The translations under genes were made by a program, and so were the position numbers. DNA of 14,310 bases from a virus, in IMG/VR virus record IMGVR_UViG_3300025738_000082, positions 1 to 14,310 of that record; one strand, 5' to 3'. The notes beneath the pieces are model-generated. The model saw only the letters and a list, made by a program, of their open reading frames with translations. It was not told where the DNA came from and ran no database searches. Below, piece after piece: positions 6,275 through 13,170 of this stretch. Positions within the stretch are counted from its first letter, which is position 1, and every line of letters begins with the position of its first letter.

Positions 6275-6298
6275 TGAATCACTGAATCACTAAATCAC
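6275..6298. repeat. Three tandem 8-bp repeats, TGAATCAC TGAATCAC TAAATCAC, in the 5' leader of the structural operon.
   Basis: Direct reading. They lie between the predicted transcription start and the RBS (GGGGAAAAAAAATG) of the ssb-like gene. Conserved in unit B at 13497..13520 with one change (TAAACCAC). Confidence 0.7.
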
Positions 6299-6308
6299 TT
6301 TGAACCAG

Positions 6309-6338
6309 ATTCTAGTTGCAAGTGAGATCTTGTGTCAA
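6309..6338 (-). promoter_or_regulatory. Strong sigma70-type promoter of the structural operon.
   Basis: Minus strand: TTGACA (6338-6333), 18-nt spacer, TAGAAT (6314-6309). Identical hexamers and spacing in unit B. An imperfect 10-bp inverted repeat, CACTTGCAAC-N9-GTTCAAAGTG (6296..6324), is centred on the -10. Confidence 0.65.
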
Positions 6339-6366
6339 TAGTTATTTGTATCAAAAGCTATATAAT
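6335..6366 (+). promoter_or_regulatory. Candidate promoter of the plus-strand 59-aa gene, back-to-back with the structural promoter.
   Basis: Perfect TATAAT at 6361-6366 (13583-13588 in unit B). The -35 is only weak (conserved TCAATAGTT) and overlaps the minus-strand TTGACA. Confidence 0.4.
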
Positions 6367-6400
6367 TAGAAATGAACTAGCTAAAAAGAGAATGGAAATT

Positions 6401-6580
6401 ATGAAAACTGAAAGTATTAGAGCAAGGATTGAAGATGCGAAAATCTTGAAACAGGAATGCAGGGTTATGTCAGCAGAACTACAAAGACAGGTGCCTGTAA
6501 GTGAATTGGTAAATGGATTAATGGAGTACCTAGAAAGTGCCAAAGAAAAAATTAAAAATACTACTGGTGAAGTTAGCTAA
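6401..6580 (+). CDS. RHH (CopG/Arc-like) small DNA-binding protein, 59 aa, transcribed divergently from the structural operon.
   Basis: MKTESIRARIEDAKILKQECRVMSAELQRQVPVSELVNGLMEYLESAKE fits a beta-strand, helixA, loop, helixB pattern (compare the CopG pattern ...SrSelireAlreyLe). The ATG at 6401 corresponds to the unit B ATG at 13620, which has an AAGGAA RBS. The upstream GTG extension in the track is not conserved in unit B. Confidence 0.65.
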   Translation: MKTESIRARIEDAKILKQECRVMSAELQRQVPVSELVNGLMEYLESAKEKIKNTTGEVS

Positions 6581-6585
6581 GAAAG

Positions 6586-6640
6586 AAAAAATCAGCTACA
6601 GAAGATTAAAGAAAAATCTTGAAAAATAGCTGATTTTTTT
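6586..6640. terminator. Nested hairpin flanked by an A-tract and a T-tract. Bidirectional terminator between the convergent rep2 and the 59-aa gene.
   Basis: AATCAGCTA (6590-6598) pairs with TAGCTGATT (6627-6635). An inner AAGATT/AATCTT stem is present. A6 lies upstream and T7 downstream, so it reads as a terminator on either strand. Confidence 0.6.
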
Positions 6641-6644
6641 GAAT

Positions 6645-6668
6645 GTTCGGGAAGCCCCCACCCCGAAC
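6645..6668 (-). terminator. GC-rich hairpin directly after the rep2 stop codons.
   Basis: GTTCGGG (6645-6651) pairs with CCCGAAC (6662-6668). The same stem with a different loop lies at 13873..13893 after rep3. Confidence 0.45.
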
Positions 6669-6671
6669 TTA

Positions 6672-8318
6672 TTACTCTAGTTCTTTTCTTCTTTCCATAT
6701 AATGCTTATTAAGTTCAGCGCTTTTAGCTCTTTTTTCTTCATCTCTTTTTGCACCTACCCAATTAAAAGATCGCTCGTCAGTTTCTACTGGAGTTGTTAA
6801 ATAGTTTTGATGTTGAGGCTTAACCTTATGAATAATTTCGTGCCTAGTTTCAGTCGTCGAATATTCATTAACTTCTGGCATATCTACATCTGGATGATTT
6901 TTTCTATCCATAAATTCAAAGTAAAATTCTTCAAAACTCATAAAAGAATATGCAGGATAAAACAAACGAGCTACAGCTTCAGAACCACCATTTTCAGCAA
7001 GTTCTAAAAGAATATGACGTTTTTTATTTTTAATAATATATTCCCATTCGGACGGAGTGATATGGCAAAGAAAATCGGCTTTGTCCTCTTCTTGTTTTAA
7101 AATTTCTTCGTCAGATACATCAGCATCTAAATCAAAATATTTTCTTAAACCTTTCGACCATCTAATCAAGTTAACCCCCTGCATTGCTCTAGCATAAAAT
7201 AAAAATAAAATTCTGTTGTCTGTACGCTCTTCTTTGGTTTCAGCTTCGGTTGCATCACTCAATAGATCCCAAGGACTTTTAGAGCCTTTTCGACCTGTTT
7301 TTGTGTTGCCTTTGGTCATTTCGTCAGCCATATCCCAAGTAACTTTTTTACCTGTAGCCGTTGTTAAAAATTCATCATCAGACCCAAATTTAGAGATATA
7401 TTCACCTGCAAAAGCACCGTTTTGAATATCCATTCCGTACTCATTAGGACAATCTAAATCAGACAATTTACAAGCACTTTTCCAACGGGTTAAAAGTTTC
7501 GTCCATTCTTCAGATTGATTTTTTGATGGTTTGCCAGATTTACTGCGAGCCGTTAAAGGTAAGGGCTTTTTACTAAAAATAATAATATGAAAATGAGGGT
7601 GCCAACCATTAGAACCATGACGAACTTCAAAAGATCGTATGTTACCAATAACACCAAATCTATCTTTAAAACTTTTAGCCGCCTTTCCTCTCCAGAAGCG
7701 CTGTAAAGCATCAGAAATCTTAACTTTTAAATCTTCTATTTTATCGCCTGAATTATGTGGAGCGGTAAGGGTTAACATAGAAATATTGAGTTTTTCTGCA
7801 CGAGCAATATTAAAAGCCATACGCATTTCATTCGATTTTCTTTCGGATATTTTTGCGGAGCAAACGGGACATGTTCTAGAATTTGCGCAATTCATCAAGC
7901 CAGAATAAAAAGCCTTACCATTAGTTTTTGATTTTACAATTTGAGTTGTTACACCACTCCTGAAACGGGTGCAACTGCAAGTTCTATGATGAACTTCATA
8001 GCCTTTAGCATTTACGCGAACGTCAGAGCCATAGTAACCGAAAAGAATATTTCTCGCGGTATCTTGTAATTGATATCGAACTTGTCGAGCGAGGTTAATT
8101 GCTTGCTTCTTTGGTAACACACCAATATTTTCAATTTCACCCGTGGTGAAATCCGTTACAGAGTAACTTTTTGAGGAGTCGGTTTTAAGGGGGGGTGTTC
8201 GTAACTTCGTAGCATTACCGAGAGCGCCCCGCGCTTCTCCTCCTTGCTCAGGCTTCGCCGTCGTCGTCGCTTGTGCGCACCCTACTTGATTAACTGCTGT
8301 TTTATCAATATAATTCAT
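6672..8318 (-). CDS. Rolling-circle replication initiator (HUH endonuclease, pC194/Rep_1-like motif set), 548 aa.
   Basis: Motif I LTLTAPH, motif II GWHPHFHIIIF (HUH), motif III with a candidate catalytic Tyr GEYISKFG. An upstream Cys cluster is present (HHRTCSC ... CANSRTCPVC). A C-terminal extension of about 170 aa has no motif I recognise. Confidence 0.9.
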   Translation of the reverse strand: MNYIDKTAVNQVGCAQATTTAKPEQGGEARGALGNATKLRTPPLKTDSSKSYSVTDFTTGEIENIGVLPKKQAINLARQVRYQLQDTARNILFGYYGSDVRVNAKGYEVHHRTCSCTRFRSGVTTQIVKSKTNGKAFYSGLMNCANSRTCPVCSAKISERKSNEMRMAFNIARAEKLNISMLTLTAPHNSGDKIEDLKVKISDALQRFWRGKAAKSFKDRFGVIGNIRSFEVRHGSNGWHPHFHIIIFSKKPLPLTARSKSGKPSKNQSEEWTKLLTRWKSACKLSDLDCPNEYGMDIQNGAFAGEYISKFGSDDEFLTTATGKKVTWDMADEMTKGNTKTGRKGSKSPWDLLSDATEAETKEERTDNRILFLFYARAMQGVNLIRWSKGLRKYFDLDADVSDEEILKQEEDKADFLCHITPSEWEYIIKNKKRHILLELAENGGSEAVARLFYPAYSFMSFEEFYFEFMDRKNHPDVDMPEVNEYSTTETRHEIIHKVKPQHQNYLTTPVETDERSFNWVGAKRDEEKRAKSAELNKHYMERRKELE

Positions 8319-8368
8319 TTGTCTGCTCTAAATCGTCGTGGTTGGTGGTTTAAAAGCAAAAAGACAAA

Positions 8369-8407
8369 GGGTTGAATGTTTTCGCGGACGTTCAACCCAT
8401 TTTTTTG
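8369..8407. terminator. GC-rich stem-loop with flanking U-tracts upstream of rep2 (copy of 1340..1377).
   Basis: GGGTTGAATGT...ACGTTCAACCC at 8369..8398, then a T-run. Confidence 0.5.
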
Positions 8408-8633
8408 CTCAAAATATAGTAATGTATTTTAAGAAAAAAGAGAAGTTTAGCAGGATGGCAATGGAGGAAATTAAAAAAATTTAGTTATTGTGTTTAACTA
8501 GTTGTTATCAATTTACGCCAATCAGCCCTCTGATATATTTCTCGCTTACCTGTAAATACTCCCCAAAAATCGCAAGCTAATTTGCTAACTTGAAAACAAA
8601 GAAGTTTATATCTGCGATGCTTAAAAAAAATAA

Positions 8634-8687
8634 TTGGTACCAAAAACAGCTTACCGGTTTCAATCCTGGAAACAAAAGTGGTACCAA
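8634..8687. promoter_or_regulatory. Two GGTACC palindromes (8636-8641, 8680-8685), 44 bp apart.
   Basis: Direct reading. Same spacing as the unit A pair. Confidence 0.5.
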
Positions 8688-8692
8688 AAAAA

Positions 8693-8956
8693 TCAAAAAT
8701 CAGGTGTTCTCATAGAAAAATTGTGGATAATGGTTTCTGCTTCCGACTTAGCCAATAAACTATCTTGCAATTCATTAACTTCAGCATTCAAATCTTCATA
8801 CTTAGATTTTAAAGAATCGTAACGCTCCTCTAATTCACAAAATCTCAGGATTGACTGAAGGGCGGCACCACTAGAAGTTGAAACATTAAAACGAACCTTT
8901 AACCTTTCAACCTGCTCTGAAAACTCTTCTGTACTATTGTTTATTTTAATTAACAT
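8693..8956 (-). CDS. RHH-like DNA-binding protein with a C-terminal coiled-coil (87 aa). Homolog of 1709..1978.
   Basis: MLIKINNSTEEFSEQVERLKVRFNVSTSSGAALQSILRF plus a conserved C-terminal helix. GGAG RBS and its own promoter. Confidence 0.6.
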   Translation of the reverse strand: MLIKINNSTEEFSEQVERLKVRFNVSTSSGAALQSILRFCELEERYDSLKSKYEDLNAEVNELQDSLLAKSEAETIIHNFSMRTPDF

Positions 8957-8977
8957 TTTATAACTCCATAAGTGAAT

Positions 8978-9072
8978 ATGGTACCATTTTAAGCTTATAA
9001 ATTAAAAATGTAAAGCAAAATGGTACCAAAATATGAGTTATTTTCCCCCAGGTTATTTTTAAATGGTACCGA
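8978..9072. promoter_or_regulatory. Three phased GGTACC palindromes plus the RHH gene promoter (unit B).
   Basis: GGTACC at 8980-8985, 9022-9027 and 9065-9070 (spacings 42 and 43 bp). Minus-strand promoter TTTACA (9014-9009), 17-nt spacer, TAAAAT (8991-8986), with GGTACC directly downstream of the -10. Confidence 0.55.
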
Positions 9073-9201
9073 TTAGTGGTTATACACCTCAGAAACTGCT
9101 GAAAAAGAATGTGATACTCCAAAGTAATAACCAATAGCAATGCAAACAACAAAACCAAGAACCAAACCAATATTACCAACTTCTTTATTTAAACTTTTCA
9201 T
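9073..9201 (-). CDS. Small single-pass membrane protein (42 aa) downstream of zot.
   Basis: Hand translation: MKSLNKEVGNIGLVLGFVVCIAIGYYFGVSHSFSAVSEVYNH. Same position and architecture as unit A 2083..2220. Preferred over the out-of-frame 73-aa track ORF 8958..9179, which runs through the conserved operator/promoter block. Confidence 0.45.
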   Translation of the reverse strand: MKSLNKEVGNIGLVLGFVVCIAIGYYFGVSHSFSAVSEVYNH

Positions 9202-9215
9202 ATTAAAAACCTACA

Positions 9216-10601
9216 TTAACCAAGTGAAGCTACTAGAGAAGAATCCCTAACAGCGCTATTAAGTTCATCATTCTGAACGGGTGTTTCATCTCTTTTTTTC
9301 AATTCACAATAGACAAAATTTGAAGAATGTTCGGCTCGCAATTCAACCAAACAATCAGACTTATAAAAAACCTTATAACCCAAAGAATACAAATCATCTG
9401 AAGTTATAGAGTGCCTGTAACCGTCTACAAGAAGATTAAAAATATAATGACGCTTTATATTGTTTTTACTCAAACTCTCGGTTACAAGACCCGTTAAGTG
9501 CATAGATTGAGCGTTATAAGGTAGGTTTACATTATTATCATTCGCAAACAGCTCCGAAACAGAACCATGACGAGCAACAAAAGAAGTATTTTCCCCATTA
9601 TCCTTAATAGGAAGTGGAGAGTTCTCTTTATTATTAACTTTATTTTTCGGTAAAGTTTTCTGATTATCAACTTTTTGAATATTAGGTATTTTATCACCCG
9701 ATAACACTTCTTTAGTATCATCACCATCAGTGAAAAAATTGATAAGAAAAACGATATAACCGACAACAAAAGCGAGACCGATTTTGTGGCGCCAATCAAA
9801 AGGTGAACCACCTGCGCCTGATTTAGTATTTTTTCCCGTTGCAGTGGACTTATAAAGTTTAAAAACATCAAGAGGTATTTTCCTATGAGTTGTGATATCG
9901 CCTTTTTTAACAGACATACCATTTTCTTTTGGTGGGTGTTCTAATACGCGAGGTCTACGCTTAAAATATTTAATCGGGATTGCATCTTTTGAAACGTGAG
10001 CATAACCCTTTTCGGTTGCACTACGAACAAAGCCAATAACCTCCTTAATATCTGGAGTTGCAAAGATAATATCCCAGTTGTAATGTCTATGCCTCATGAA
10101 GCATTCACGCATAGTTCTTGGGTATCTTAAATATCCCCGTTCATCAAAAAGTGACTCGCCAACATCATCAAGATATTCATTCAAATCAACATTATCTTTA
10201 ATTTCTCTCTGCTCTTTATGGTAAAGCTCGACAAGCTCAACAGGCAATTGAGAGTCAAAATAACCTTCTCCTTTATTGTCGTAATCATGAGCTTTGAAAG
10301 TTTTATCATTTGGATAAACATCTTGGACTTCATCAATAAAAATAAATGCCCCGATAGGCATCCATTGATAAAAATTACGCATCAAATTTAAACCGCGGTC
10401 ATGACCTATAGAAATACGAAAAATTTTTGCTGTTGCAGGAAAAATCTCACCTAATTCAAATTGAATTTCATCTATAGTTTTTAAGCCCTGTAAATTAGTA
10501 ATAACCACACGACCTTGACGTAAAGCATCAAGAAGACGAAACCATAAAACAGTAGAGGACTTGTAAGAACCTGGAGGACCATGGTAAATCTCAGTAGACA
10601 T
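9216..10601 (-). CDS. zot: Zot / pI-family phage assembly ATPase (461 aa).
   Basis: IYHGPPGSYKSSTVLWFRLLDAL (Walker A), FIFIDEVQDVYP (Walker B), FMRHRHYNWDIIFATPDIKEV, and a central TM helix. The C-terminal domain is strongly diverged from unit A. Confidence 0.9.
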   Translation of the reverse strand: MSTEIYHGPPGSYKSSTVLWFRLLDALRQGRVVITNLQGLKTIDEIQFELGEIFPATAKIFRISIGHDRGLNLMRNFYQWMPIGAFIFIDEVQDVYPNDKTFKAHDYDNKGEGYFDSQLPVELVELYHKEQREIKDNVDLNEYLDDVGESLFDERGYLRYPRTMRECFMRHRHYNWDIIFATPDIKEVIGFVRSATEKGYAHVSKDAIPIKYFKRRPRVLEHPPKENGMSVKKGDITTHRKIPLDVFKLYKSTATGKNTKSGAGGSPFDWRHKIGLAFVVGYIVFLINFFTDGDDTKEVLSGDKIPNIQKVDNQKTLPKNKVNNKENSPLPIKDNGENTSFVARHGSVSELFANDNNVNLPYNAQSMHLTGLVTESLSKNNIKRHYIFNLLVDGYRHSITSDDLYSLGYKVFYKSDCLVELRAEHSSNFVYCELKKRDETPVQNDELNSAVRDSSLVASLG

Positions 10602-10615
10602 CTAAAACCCCTTAA

Positions 10616-11029
10616 TTAAAAAGTAATCATGTTATAAACAAAACGTGTAATAACAGCCTCGATAAGGATGGTTAGACCCTCAAAAAAACCAACGTCAACA
10701 AGGACAGAGCGAACATCAGAAGGTAAATCAGCAACGGCTAAATTAATCATTGAATTAAGTTCTACAAGATCCAGAAAAGAAGTAGCTATCTGACTTGCAA
10801 ACTCAATAGCATGTAAAAACATTGTGTATTTTAAAAAAATAAGCCAAGAAATTAACCATACAAAAAAGTTAGTAATTGCAGTTGGTATTTCAACGGTTAA
10901 AAAAAACCAAATACCATTAAAAAAACTAGCTACATCTTCAAAGAAACCTGAAAAACTAATAGAAGTATCTGAAGCAAAAACAGAAAAAGAGAAGAGCATA
11001 AAAATAGAAAAAGTAATTAATCGAATCAT
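10616..11029 (-). CDS. pVI-like minor virion or membrane protein (137 aa).
   Basis: Lies between the pIII-like and zot genes. Multi-TM and homologous to 3555..3944. Its ATG overlaps the pIII stop (ATGA). Confidence 0.6.
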   Translation of the reverse strand: MIRLITFSIFMLFSFSVFASDTSISFSGFFEDVASFFNGIWFFLTVEIPTAITNFFVWLISWLIFLKYTMFLHAIEFASQIATSFLDLVELNSMINLAVADLPSDVRSVLVDVGFFEGLTILIEAVITRFVYNMITF

Positions 11030-12360
11030 GATTTAACACCCCCTAGAATTATAAAAAAAGCACCTAGCGTAGCTAGCATTATTATTATGGATTTAAGGGA
11101 TAAATAATTTTCTGCAAAACGAGAAATTGAAATATTATGAGTCCCCCAGCCACCTGCTAAAGTTAAATTCTCAACGGAATAAGAACTCGTAGCATTAACG
11201 GAAAAATAAGACATTAAATTGTTTTTTGTTGCTGTTAATAGTTCAGAAACTTGACCTTGCTTTACTAAAGTTTGAGCATCTATATCTGATATAGCTTGAG
11301 CATTAAACAATGTATGCAATGGGGTTTGAACATCACCTAAGGATTGAGGGGTGTAAGTAATTCCATCCATAGGATTTTCAGCAGCACTTCCAGAACCAAC
11401 ACCACTCAAATTGTTAATAGCATCAACAATATTTCCATCATAAAAAGGAGCTTGAGCATTTATTGCATCAATGGTTGAATTACCAGAATCCAAGATAGCT
11501 TGTGCAACATCATCTGTTTTCTCAACAATTGTCTGGTTAGTACTGACAGTATTATCAACTAAAACTTTTTCGTTTTTATTTCTAGATTTTATAACTTCAT
11601 TAATTAAAGTATCACCTTGTAAAGCTGATAAAGGAGCAGTGGGGTCAGCCGTTCCATCAGGGGTATAACCTGTATCAGTTGTAGGATCAGGAGTTCCTGT
11701 TGTTGGAGGTAAAACACTGGTGCCAGTATTGCCAACTATTACACTATCGTCTTGAGGTTCATCACAGTAATTATTAAATAATGTACATTCTTCAGGTTCG
11801 GTTGCGGCTGTTCCGTCGTTACAAGTTCCTGAGCATGTTTGATTTCCGTTACCATCGTCTTCATAGCTTGAGCTAGCAAAACCTAAATTTGAAGAGCATT
11901 GTTGTATTACCTGTTCTTCACATTGTTTAACAGGGTCGACAGGTGTGTCACAAGAATAGGAAAAATCTTCAGGGCTATTAAATTGAAAAGCAGCTATCGT
12001 CTTATTTTGAGAAGTACAGTCGAATTTTGCTAATGCGAAACAAGTAGGAGAATCTTTACAATCAGCATCATTATTACTCGTCACTCTGTCAAACTGTCCA
12101 TATCTTTGTTGATTACCATAAGCCATCCAAGAAGTTTTTATGTATTTTATAGAACCATCTTCATATTTTTTAGTTGAATAAATAAAGTAACTAGTAACAG
12201 TGTGAGCACCATCTTTTTGAATAGACTGAAGATAAGCAAAACACATATCAGCAGAATTTCCGCAATAAGTGCCTCGATAATTATAAGAACTAGATGAAGC
12301 GCTAAAACTTAAAGCGATAAGAGATAAAAAAAACAATACTTTATAAATCACAATTAACAC
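11026..12360 (-). CDS. pIII-like adsorption / minor coat protein (about 441-444 aa; GTG start at 12360 or, more likely, 12351).
   Basis: Signal peptide (IYKVLFFLSLIALSFSA), a Cys pattern shared with unit A pIII, a Thr/Pro/Gly/Asp-rich linker, the conserved GDTLINEVI segment and a C-terminal anchor. There is no ATG. AGGTG sits 6 nt before the GTG at 12351. Confidence 0.7.
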   Translation of the reverse strand: MLIVIYKVLFFLSLIALSFSASSSSYNYRGTYCGNSADMCFAYLQSIQKDGAHTVTSYFIYSTKKYEDGSIKYIKTSWMAYGNQQRYGQFDRVTSNNDADCKDSPTCFALAKFDCTSQNKTIAAFQFNSPEDFSYSCDTPVDPVKQCEEQVIQQCSSNLGFASSSYEDDGNGNQTCSGTCNDGTAATEPEECTLFNNYCDEPQDDSVIVGNTGTSVLPPTTGTPDPTTDTGYTPDGTADPTAPLSALQGDTLINEVIKSRNKNEKVLVDNTVSTNQTIVEKTDDVAQAILDSGNSTIDAINAQAPFYDGNIVDAINNLSGVGSGSAAENPMDGITYTPQSLGDVQTPLHTLFNAQAISDIDAQTLVKQGQVSELLTATKNNLMSYFSVNATSSYSVENLTLAGGWGTHNISISRFAENYLSLKSIIIMLATLGAFFIILGGVKS

Positions 12361-12372
12361 CTAAAAAAAAAG

Positions 12373-12397
12373 GAAAAAAAAAGCCTCCTAAGAGACT
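12373..12397 (-). terminator. Rho-independent terminator or attenuator between the coat and pIII-like genes (unit B).
   Basis: Minus strand: AGTCTC-TTAG-GAGGCT followed by T9 CC T9. Confidence 0.6.
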
Positions 12398-12468
12398 CTA
12401 ATTCCAGAACTAAAACCCTCTACCATGCAATAGTAAAAAGTGCAGGCTATTAGTACTGTTAAGACCAC
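12388..12468 (-). CDS. 26-aa hydrophobic micro-ORF. Homolog of 5380..5460.
   Basis: (GTG)VLTVLIACTFYYCMVEGFSSGIRVS. The GTG start overlaps the coat TAG stop by 1 nt. Conserved with unit A. Confidence 0.45.
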   Translation of the reverse strand: MVLTVLIACTFYYCMVEGFSSGIRVS

Positions 12469-12680
12469 TACTTTTTAAACCAACCAAGTAATGAGCCAAT
12501 GCCAAAGCCTAAAATAGCTAAGGAAATAACAGCCGCTATAACCGCTGTATTGTTTGCTGTTGCTTCAGTTGAAGCGGTTGCAATTGCTGTGGTTTGATCA
12601 GAAGCAAAAGCTAAAGAAGTTGTACCCATTGCAGTTAATGCCGCTACTGTTTTACCTTTCCAAGTTAAAGTTTTATTCAT
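12468..12680 (-). CDS. pVIII-like major coat protein precursor (70 aa).
   Basis: Signal peptide ending AFA|SD. The mature peptide has a polar N-terminus, a hydrophobic core (AVIAAVISLAILGFGI) and a basic tail (WFKK). Confidence 0.8.
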   Translation of the reverse strand: MNKTLTWKGKTVAALTAMGTTSLAFASDQTTAIATASTEATANNTAVIAAVISLAILGFGIGSLLGWFKK

Positions 12681-12695
12681 TTTAAGACCTATATA

Positions 12696-13166
12696 TTAAG
12701 AGTGTTTCCCCATCGTACGAACCATGCGACCCGTAAAATAAGACGTTAAAAAGGCGATAATAAAAGCGCCTTCAATTATTCCAAAAATCTCTGGGTCAAA
12801 AGTAAATAATGTCACCAGTAATTTCTGCAATCCTTCAGTGTCAGTTGAGGCAGACTTTTCAGATAAAACGCCAAAATCATAAGTACTCATGACAATATGA
12901 CCTGAACAAGTTTGCGGAGTCTCAACAGTTCCACTAGGGCTATCAACTAAATAAATGTGGTAATCACCTGCGTCCCTTAAAACAGTTCTGTCAAAATAAA
13001 TACATTCGGCAGAATATGAATCAAAAGAAACAAAAACAATTAACAACAAAAAAAGGCAAACAGAACGCTTTTTATAAACGGTAGAATTGCGAGGATTATC
13101 AATATAATAATCTCTCCAAAAAGAGGTAATATCCTCTTCTTGCTCAATATTTTGTTGATAGCTCAT
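12696..13166 (-). CDS. Membrane protein (156 aa). Its C-terminal half is homologous to unit A ORF 5690..5944, and it has an extra N-terminal segment of about 70 aa.
   Basis: Shared C-terminal TM helix plus basic tail (IIEGAFIIAFLTSYFTGRMVRTMGK). The N-terminal extension contains a second hydrophobic segment (VCLFLLLIVFVSF). Confidence 0.55.
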   Translation of the reverse strand: MSYQQNIEQEEDITSFWRDYYIDNPRNSTVYKKRSVCLFLLLIVFVSFDSYSAECIYFDRTVLRDAGDYHIYLVDSPSGTVETPQTCSGHIVMSTYDFGVLSEKSASTDTEGLQKLLVTLFTFDPEIFGIIEGAFIIAFLTSYFTGRMVRTMGKHS

Positions 13167-13170
13167 TAAA

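Larger units (their letters stand above)
1..6671 (-). mobile_element. Inovirus-like genome unit A. Its rep gene runs off the left window edge; the rest of the unit is complete.
   Basis: Canonical filamentous-phage gene order on the minus strand (ssb-like, small membrane protein, pVIII-like, pIII-like, pVI-like, Zot/pI, regulator, rep). Colinear with unit B gene for gene. Confidence 0.8.
8319..8692 (-). promoter_or_regulatory. Conserved intergenic region between the RHH gene and rep2 (unit B copy).
   Basis: Near-identical to 1291..1708, including the hairpin, the GGTACC pair and the GTTTC-N7-GAAAC inverted repeat. Confidence 0.5.

Noticed and set aside
8958-9179. 73-aa ORF downstream of zot B.
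   Set aside because: It is out of frame with the 42-aa ORF that has an architectural twin in unit A. It also runs through the conserved GGTACC/promoter block that is non-coding in unit A.
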